From Candidatus Nomurabacteria bacterium RIFCSPHIGHO2_12_FULL_42_19 (GTDB lineage Bacteria > Patescibacteriota > Minisyncoccia > Phycocordibacterales > UBA9973): DNA of 60,303 nucleotides. Made by a program: the position numbers and the translations under genes. Location: the NCBI GenBank assembly GCA_001786955.1, contig MFUM01000002.1, forward strand, positions 3,923 through 64,225. Reading direction: 5' to 3'. This document shows positions 54,768 through 60,303 of the stretch, piece after piece; position 1 is the first letter of the stretch; every line of letters begins with the position of its first letter. Under the pieces are notes generated by a model. The model ran no database searches, had not been told where the DNA came from, and saw only the letters and a list, made by a program, of their open reading frames with translations.

Positions 54768-55288
54768 GACTCCAAATTTTGTCCGGTGTAAAGGATTGTT
54801 TTTAAATTAGGGTATTTTTTAAAATCCAGGTCTTTAAAATTTTCCGCCTTATCATCAATGAAAAACACCTTTTCGTCCTTGTGTTTGGTGCAGATTTTTT
54901 CCACCATTTTCTTTTTACTTTCCTGCACCACAATAATTTCGGAAAATAATGAAGCGACGCCGGTCCTTTTAATTTTATCTAGCTGAAATTCAGTATCACC
55001 GTAACTGATTATGTAACAGTTTGATTTTCCTAACTTTTTTATCTCTTTGAGTAATTCCTCATTATTGAAAGTCTCTATTTCACGCATCATTTCTTCGTAG
55101 TAATCTTCCTTAAGAGAAAAATGAGCTAATAATTTTTTCATTGAAAAAAGCTCCCCACGTACCTTTTGGTAATACTCATCTATGTCATGAGTTGATATTC
55201 CGGCTTTTTTCAACCTGGGGTACATATGTTCATACCGACGTCTACCGGTTTGAAACAAAACATCATCAAAATCAAAAATGTATTTCAT
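54755..55288 (-). CDS. HAD-superfamily hydrolase
   Basis: N-terminal DxD motif in FDFDDVLF; FIDDK near the C-terminus. Confidence 0.7.
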   Translation of the reverse strand: MKYIFDFDDVLFQTGRRRYEHMYPRLKKAGISTHDIDEYYQKVRGELFSMKKLLAHFSLKEDYYEEMMREIETFNNEELLKEIKKLGKSNCYIISYGDTEFQLDKIKRTGVASLFSEIIVVQESKKKMVEKICTKHKDEKVFFIDDKAENFKDLDFKKYPNLKTILYTGQNLESYLQ

Positions 55289-55306
55289 ATTGTTCCGTTG
55301 AAAATT

Positions 55307-56281
55307 TTAATTAATAATTTTTTTCAGGCAATTGGCTAATTTTTCCGAATCGTGACGAATAAAACCCCGCAAATTCGGGGATTTGTCTCCTATTATGGCC
55401 TGAGGCATGACATGAGACAGTAAAGCGTCCCTGATGACGCGGTTATCCTTGAAATCATCTTCCACCAGCACGCCGTCGCCTTCTGATAATTTATAGCGCT
55501 CTATCTGTTCAGCAGACGGTTTTTCATTATTAACCAAAATAATATCAATTAATTTCCCGAGATATTTTTCCACGTTGTTCACATAACTGCTGACTTTCCA
55601 ATGAGTAGTATGGCCTAATTTATTGGTAAGGTTAACCGGCAATATAATTTTTGCCTTGCTTTCTATGATCGCTTCCTTAAAACCGCTCACGATGAGGTTG
55701 GGAACAATTGAACAATAATAATTCCCAGGGCCGAGGATAATGTAATCCGCTTTTAATATCGCTTTTTCCGCGTTTTCATTCAGCCTCACGTCATTTTTAT
55801 AAAAAATATCTTTTATGCCGGCATCCTGCAAGTTGGCATCCTGAATTTTATTTTCGCCTTCCAATATCTTTCCATCTGACAGCGTTATGGATAATTCCGC
55901 CTTATTACCCGTTATAGGTATGACATTTCCATTGACTTTCAGAATCTCCGACGCAATTTCCACTCCTTTTCCAAAATCACCGGTGACTTTTTCCAAAGCC
56001 GCCAAAAATATATTGCCGAAATTATGCCCTTTTAAAGTTCCTTCGTTAAACCGGTAATTCATAAGCTTGCGCACGATATCGCTGTGCTCGCTTAAAGCGA
56101 CTAGGCACTGCCTGACATCTCCGGGAGGTAATACACCTAGTTCGTCTCTCAATACTCCCGTGGATCCGCCGTTATCTGACATAGAAACCAGCGCGGTCAA
56201 AGAAACATCCGGAAGATTTTTCAACCCAGAAAGCACGGTATAGCTGCCTGTCCCTCCGCCAATTGTAACAATATTTTTCAT
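55307..56281 (-). CDS. yvcK: YvcK/CofD-family gluconeogenesis factor
   Basis: TIGGGTGSYTVLSGLK, SDNGGSTGVLRDE, PPGDVRQCL. Start refined to ATG 56281 (TGcTATACT at 56296..56288 lies 6 nt upstream); the ORF track uses TTG 56287. Confidence 0.85.
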   Translation of the reverse strand: MKNIVTIGGGTGSYTVLSGLKNLPDVSLTALVSMSDNGGSTGVLRDELGVLPPGDVRQCLVALSEHSDIVRKLMNYRFNEGTLKGHNFGNIFLAALEKVTGDFGKGVEIASEILKVNGNVIPITGNKAELSITLSDGKILEGENKIQDANLQDAGIKDIFYKNDVRLNENAEKAILKADYIILGPGNYYCSIVPNLIVSGFKEAIIESKAKIILPVNLTNKLGHTTHWKVSSYVNNVEKYLGKLIDIILVNNEKPSAEQIERYKLSEGDGVLVEDDFKDNRVIRDALLSHVMPQAIIGDKSPNLRGFIRHDSEKLANCLKKIIN

Positions 56282-56355
56282 AATCAAAGTATAGCAAAAT
56301 TTTCAAATTTGTCTTTAGTTTTTATTTTATATAGAATAGTACAAGTAAAATATTT

Positions 56356-57171
56356 ATGTTATTAAAAAAGACGACAAAACAGGAAATATTGAGCATTTCT
56401 CATTATAATATTCTAAACGGCGGCGAAGGAAGGCTAAATGATATCCTGAAAGTAATAAAAGGGATTAATCCTGACATCTGTGGGCTTCTTGAGGCGGTAA
56501 AATGGCAAAATAAATCGGGACGTTTCCGAAAAATCGCGAACAATCTAGGGTATAAATTTGTCCATCTTGCTGTGGCAAACTCAAAATATAATATCGCCGT
56601 ATTTTCAAAATTACCGATTGGGGTTAAAGTCATCAAAAAAGGAATCAGGCACGTTGCTCTAGAGGCAACCGTGAAAAGCGGCCCATTTAAAAGATTGAGC
56701 ATTTTTTTTATTCATCTCTCCCCGGCATCGGAAGATGCCCGGCTTCTGGAAATAAAAGAACTGCTGAAACACGCCCAAAAATTATCTCAGGCTGTAATTA
56801 TGGGAGATTTAAATTCGTTGTCATGTCGCGACCCGTATAACCGGAGAAAAATTCTGAAAGCGTTCCAAAAAAATAGTGTCACGAAATACGGAACTCGTAA
56901 ACTGCGTTTTGATGTTATAAAAAAATTGAATTCGGCGGGGTTTAAAGACGCCATGTTTTATCTGAAGCGCTCTTTTGCCGCGTCTACTCCCACTCCGTCA
57001 AACAAAGACGTTAGCCACTCGGCCAGTGTCAGAATTGACTACGCTTTTCTTTCAAAAAACATCCTTAAATACTTAAAAGAGGCCAAGGTTTTCAAAAATC
57101 GCGCCGCCGACAAAGCATCCGACCATTATCCTATGTATATAAAGCTCATAAAAAACGAAAGGGGGTCGTGA
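56356..57171 (+). CDS. Endonuclease/exonuclease/phosphatase (EEP) family protein
   Basis: YNILNGG, GDLNS, SDHYP. The last codons run into the terminator stem of the convergent GC-rich gene. Confidence 0.75.
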   Translation: MLLKKTTKQEILSISHYNILNGGEGRLNDILKVIKGINPDICGLLEAVKWQNKSGRFRKIANNLGYKFVHLAVANSKYNIAVFSKLPIGVKVIKKGIRHVALEATVKSGPFKRLSIFFIHLSPASEDARLLEIKELLKHAQKLSQAVIMGDLNSLSCRDPYNRRKILKAFQKNSVTKYGTRKLRFDVIKKLNSAGFKDAMFYLKRSFAASTPTPSNKDVSHSASVRIDYAFLSKNILKYLKEAKVFKNRAADKASDHYPMYIKLIKNERGS

Positions 57172-57188
57172 CTTGCGTCCGTACCCCC
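57150..57188 (-). terminator. Terminator of the GC-rich kinase-like ORF
   Basis: On the minus strand: GGGGGT, 16 nt, ACCCCC, then TTTCGTTTTTT. Confidence 0.6.
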
Positions 57189-57199
57189 ATTCCTCTTGA

Positions 57200-58069
57200 T
57201 CACTTTCCGGCGAACAAGTCGCGGATGCGGCTCACTCGCTCCTCATCAGTAATTTTAAGAGGACAAAAATTACTGCTGAGGTCAAAAATCTGCGAGAAGT
57301 ATTTCATTCTCGCCCCGCTCTGCGGTGGCATGAACCGCAAGGCGAGTTCACGGATAGCGTCCGGGTCCTCCAAGTCGAGCTTGGCAAGCGCGACCTGGAT
57401 GTCCTGGTTGTCGGGAAGCGTCCGGAAGTAGCCTTGAACTTTCTGTCCGAACGCTTCTCCCATCACGCTTTCAACCGCCTTGAGGATGTCAGCTTCGCTG
57501 ACGCCGGCATCCTGAGCGAGAATGCTGAAACGAAGCCGTCGCAAGACGCCGAGCGGGTCGAATTTGCGGCGAAGTTCCTGTTCCACTACCTCCGCCTCGG
57601 TCGGGTTCGGGAAGTGTACAATGAACTCGTCCTCGTACTTCACGAGAGGAGGGAAAGTGTCCACGTAGTACACTCTCCCGTCCGGCCCCAGGCAGAAATT
57701 CGACAGGCGGGCATCAATGCCAACCTCCCGCCCTGTCTGGGACAAGATTCCTCTCATGGTAGAGACGAGGCTCCTTAGGGTTTCGGCTCCGGCCTCGTCC
57801 TTTCGGAAAACTTCGTCGAGATCCCTTCCCACGTAAGGAGAACACTGTATTGCCTTCCCCCCCCTTACGGCGAACGTGTACGGCTCCGCAAGCTGGACTC
57901 CGAGCTCCCGGAGTTTACTGCGGAAATATACACTGGTCTCGTTGACCCAGTGCGCGTTTTCCGAATTCACTTTCTCCGGGCAAATCTCCTTCTCAACAAT
58001 GACCCCACGGCCATTGTTAATGCAGGAGACCAGGGCGTACCTGGACTTTCTCTGCCATACAATGGCCAT
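57200..58069 (-). CDS. GC-rich protein with a protein-kinase-like (PKL) catalytic signature, function unknown
   Basis: GAAAGGA at 58077..58083, 7 nt before the ATG. IDARLSNFCL (D-x4-N) followed by YYVDTF (metal-binding Asp), as in small-molecule/atypical kinases. Confidence 0.55.
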   Translation of the reverse strand: MAIVWQRKSRYALVSCINNGRGVIVEKEICPEKVNSENAHWVNETSVYFRSKLRELGVQLAEPYTFAVRGGKAIQCSPYVGRDLDEVFRKDEAGAETLRSLVSTMRGILSQTGREVGIDARLSNFCLGPDGRVYYVDTFPPLVKYEDEFIVHFPNPTEAEVVEQELRRKFDPLGVLRRLRFSILAQDAGVSEADILKAVESVMGEAFGQKVQGYFRTLPDNQDIQVALAKLDLEDPDAIRELALRFMPPQSGARMKYFSQIFDLSSNFCPLKITDEERVSRIRDLFAGK

Positions 58070-58108
58070 GATAATATCCTTTCTGGGTGGAACAACATGT
58101 TCAAAAAG

Positions 58109-58136
58109 AGTATGGTCTAAATCTTTATTTTGTCAA
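58109..58136 (-). promoter_or_regulatory. Sigma70-type promoter TTGACA-N16-CATACT for the kinase-like ORF
   Basis: The minus strand reads TTGACA (58136..58131), 16 nt, CATACT (58114..58109). Confidence 0.55.
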
Positions 58137-58180
58137 TGAATATATTTGTTTTTAAGGCTAAAATATATTAATATGTCAAT

Positions 58181-60303
58181 ATGATTTCACGGATATATGT
58201 GACGCCTAAGGGAAAAGCCGATTTTATCAACTCTTACCTAATTTCGCATAAGTTTTCCAATGACAAAATCCTCAAAATAGCTCGGGTTTTGACTAACCCC
58301 ATCCTGGAGGAATTCTCCATAAATAAATTTCCCAAAGTCAGGCATTTTTATTTCGCTATTGAAATCGGCTTTTTGCCGGGGGTGACGGACAATGTCGCTC
58401 ATACCGTCCAGGAAACCATAATAGATTTGCTGCATATTAAAAAGAAATCTGATTTCGAAGTTTACACTTCAAAAATTTTTTTAATTTATAATTCAACCAA
58501 TCTGGATGACGCAAAAAAAAATGCTTTTTCGCTTCATAATCCCTTAATAGAAAGGGCGCGAATCGCAAGTTTTAAGGAAATAAAGAAAAAAAAAGGTTTG
58601 CCTTTGAAGGTCCCGAAAGTAATTCTAAGGAAAACCGCTTCAGTTATTGAAGTTCCACTTTCAAGCGCCGCGGATGAAGAGCTCCAAAAGATTGGAAAAG
58701 AAGGCATAATGGGCGAAAATGGTGTGCGCCGCGGGCCCTTGGCTCTTGATTTGGCGTCAATGAAAACAATCCGGGAATATTTTAGAAAATTACCTGTCCG
58801 CGCAGGCGGGAAAAGAAATCCAACCGATATCGAGCTTGAGTCGCTTGCGCAGACCTGGTCCGAGCATTGTAAACACACTATTTTTGCCAATCCGATTGAC
58901 GACATTCAGGACGGTTTATATAAAACATATATAAAAGGAGCAACAAATTTAATACGAAAGAAAAAAGGGAAAAATGATTTTTGTGTTTCTGTTTTCAAGG
59001 ATAATTCCGGCGGTATAGTTTTTGATAAAGATTATTTGATAACGCATAAAGTGGAAACACACAACGCTCCTTCTTCTTTGGACCCTTTCGGCGGGGCTAT
59101 TACAGGTATTGTCGGGGTAAATCGCGATGCTATCGGTTTCGGACTGGGCGCCAAGCCGATAGCGAATACTTACGGATTTTGTTTTGGCGAACCAAACGAT
59201 AAACGGCTGCTCTTCTTGGATAAAGAAAGAAAACAAAAAATGCTTTTACCGGAGCGGGTTATGCAGGGCGTAATAAAGGGTATAAATGTCGGGGGAAATT
59301 GCTCTGGTATTCCCACTATTTCCGGATTTATAAAATTTGATGACCGGTACAGAGGCAGGCCACTGGTATATGCCGGTACCGTGGGGTTAATTCCACGAAA
59401 AATAAAAAACAGGCTTTCGCATGAGAAAAAAGCTCAAGCTGGTGATTATATTGTAATGGTTGGTGGCAGAGTGGGGCTGGACGGAATCCATGGCGCGACG
59501 TTTTCTTCGGTCGCTATGGATTCCAATTCTCCGGCTACCGCGGTACAAATCGGGGACCCAATTACGCAAAAAAAATTAAGTGATGCAATAGTTAAAGAAG
59601 CGCGGGATATGAATTTATACAACAGCATTACCGACAACGGCGCAGGCGGTTTATCCTGTTCGGTGGCAGAAATGGCCAAAGAGTGCGGCGGCGCGGAAGT
59701 GGAACTTCAGAAAGTGCCGTTGAAATATCTGGGTCTTCGTCCTTGGGAAATTTGGATTTCCGAATCACAGGAACGCATGACGCTCTCGGTGCCAAAGGGT
59801 AAATGGAAGGCATTTCAAAAACTGATGGAGGCTCGGGGAGTGGAAGCAACGGTAATAGGAAAATTTATTAAAAGTCCTCGTTGTATCGTAAAATATCACG
59901 GCAAAAAAATTATGGACATTGATATGGAATTTCTGCATAACGGACTGCCGAAACATCATTTAGTTACATCTCCATTTATTCAAAACCACCCTGAACCCAA
60001 AATTGAAAATAAAAAATATTACACCAAAGATTTGGAAAATCTACTTGGTACTAAAAACGTTTCTGGATTTTCTTTTATTTCCCAACAATATGACCACGAG
60101 GTGCAGGCATCTTCCGTCTTAAAGCCTCTCTCCGGACGGGGCCAAACAAACACCGATGCGCAAGTTTTTAAACCGGTTTTGAGTTCCGATAAGGGAGTCG
60201 TATTGTCTTCCAGCACTTATCCTTCATATGGAGATATCAGCGCTTATCATATGGCTGCCTGCGCTATCGATACGGTAATCAGAAATGTAATATCGGCGGG
60301 CGG
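58181..60303 (+). CDS. purL: Phosphoribosylformylglycinamidine synthase PurL with an N-terminal extension; 3' end cut by the window
   Basis: Manual translation from ATG 58181 stays open to the window end: NPTDIELESLAQTWSEHCKHTIF, KVETHNAPSSLDPFGGAITG, GDPITQKK, ITDNGAGGLS. Absent from the ORF track because there is no stop. Confidence 0.9.
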   Translation, partial: MISRIYVTPKGKADFINSYLISHKFSNDKILKIARVLTNPILEEFSINKFPKVRHFYFAIEIGFLPGVTDNVAHTVQETIIDLLHIKKKSDFEVYTSKIFLIYNSTNLDDAKKNAFSLHNPLIERARIASFKEIKKKKGLPLKVPKVILRKTASVIEVPLSSAADEELQKIGKEGIMGENGVRRGPLALDLASMKTIREYFRKLPVRAGGKRNPTDIELESLAQTWSEHCKHTIFANPIDDIQDGLYKTYIKGATNLIRKKKGKNDFCVSVFKDNSGGIVFDKDYLITHKVETHNAPSSLDPFGGAITGIVGVNRDAIGFGLGAKPIANTYGFCFGEPNDKRLLFLDKERKQKMLLPERVMQGVIKGINVGGNCSGIPTISGFIKFDDRYRGRPLVYAGTVGLIPRKIKNRLSHEKKAQAGDYIVMVGGRVGLDGIHGATFSSVAMDSNSPATAVQIGDPITQKKLSDAIVKEARDMNLYNSITDNGAGGLSCSVAEMAKECGGAEVELQKVPLKYLGLRPWEIWISESQERMTLSVPKGKWKAFQKLMEARGVEATVIGKFIKSPRCIVKYHGKKIMDIDMEFLHNGLPKHHLVTSPFIQNHPEPKIENKKYYTKDLENLLGTKNVSGFSFISQQYDHEVQASSVLKPLSGRGQTNTDAQVFKPVLSSDKGVVLSSSTYPSYGDISAYHMAACAIDTVIRNVISAG
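58792..58816. repeat. Repeat family E copy 2 (inside purL)
   Basis: ACCTGTCCGCGCAGGCGGGAAAAGA, encoding PVRAGGK just before the conserved RNPTDIEL block. Confidence 0.8.

Noticed and set aside
57150-58140. Chimeric assembly as the sole explanation for the GC-rich blocks
   Set aside because: The blocks are short and internal. Their signals interlock with native genes: terminator stems overlap the EEP gene's last codons and the rsmI stop, and a -35 overlaps the priA stop. This cannot be excluded without reads, so it is listed as a check rather than adopted.

Overview
AT-rich, very gene-dense 60.3-kb bacterial fragment with about 72 CDS and 4 tRNAs. I found no rRNA, CRISPR array, transposase or integrase. 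The content is core housekeeping: rmuC, obg, gatB, class-I fba, rplY, rpmE, prfA, a complete F1Fo atpZBEFHAGDC operon, rsmI, priA, mreB, holB, frr, rseP, ddl, rpmG, miaA, murA, parB, rel, topA, dprA, serS, ftsQ, dus, dnaX, guaB, purA and purL.

Many proteins are domain-pruned (RF1 without domain 1, short ATPase delta, gamma-only DnaX, catalytic-domain-only M24 peptidase). Two are unusual fusions (XRE-HTH fused to MurA, tandem double Ddl). Together with SD-less genes this fits a streamlined Patescibacteria/CPR-type genome, which is an inference. The genetic code looks standard: tRNA-Trp has anticodon CCA and TGA terminates conserved genes.

The ORF track misses two real genes. rpmG (33197..33355) is shorter than 60 aa. 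purL (58181 to the window end) has no stop codon inside the window.

Main unusual signals:
1. Several families of GC-rich palindromic or TIR-bearing repeat elements sit in-frame inside essential genes (gatB, priA, holB, an FAD oxidase, dus, rplY, purL, rsmI). Sister copies lie in intergenic spacers of the atp operon. This pattern resembles Rickettsia palindromic elements.
2. Four (plus one truncated) GC-rich ORF cassettes differ from their surroundings in composition. They carry -35/-10 promoters, Shine-Dalgarno sites and hairpin terminators, unlike the native genes.
3. Native operon-first genes almost uniformly show TGnTAnAAT, then 6 nt, then ATG, which implies leaderless mRNAs.
4. Two small regulators have conspicuous operator arrays. 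There is also a repeated leader element upstream of yqeY and prfA, and a highly structured atpE-atpF spacer.

Manually derived coordinates (promoters, repeats, tRNAs, refined starts) may be off by 1-2 nt.
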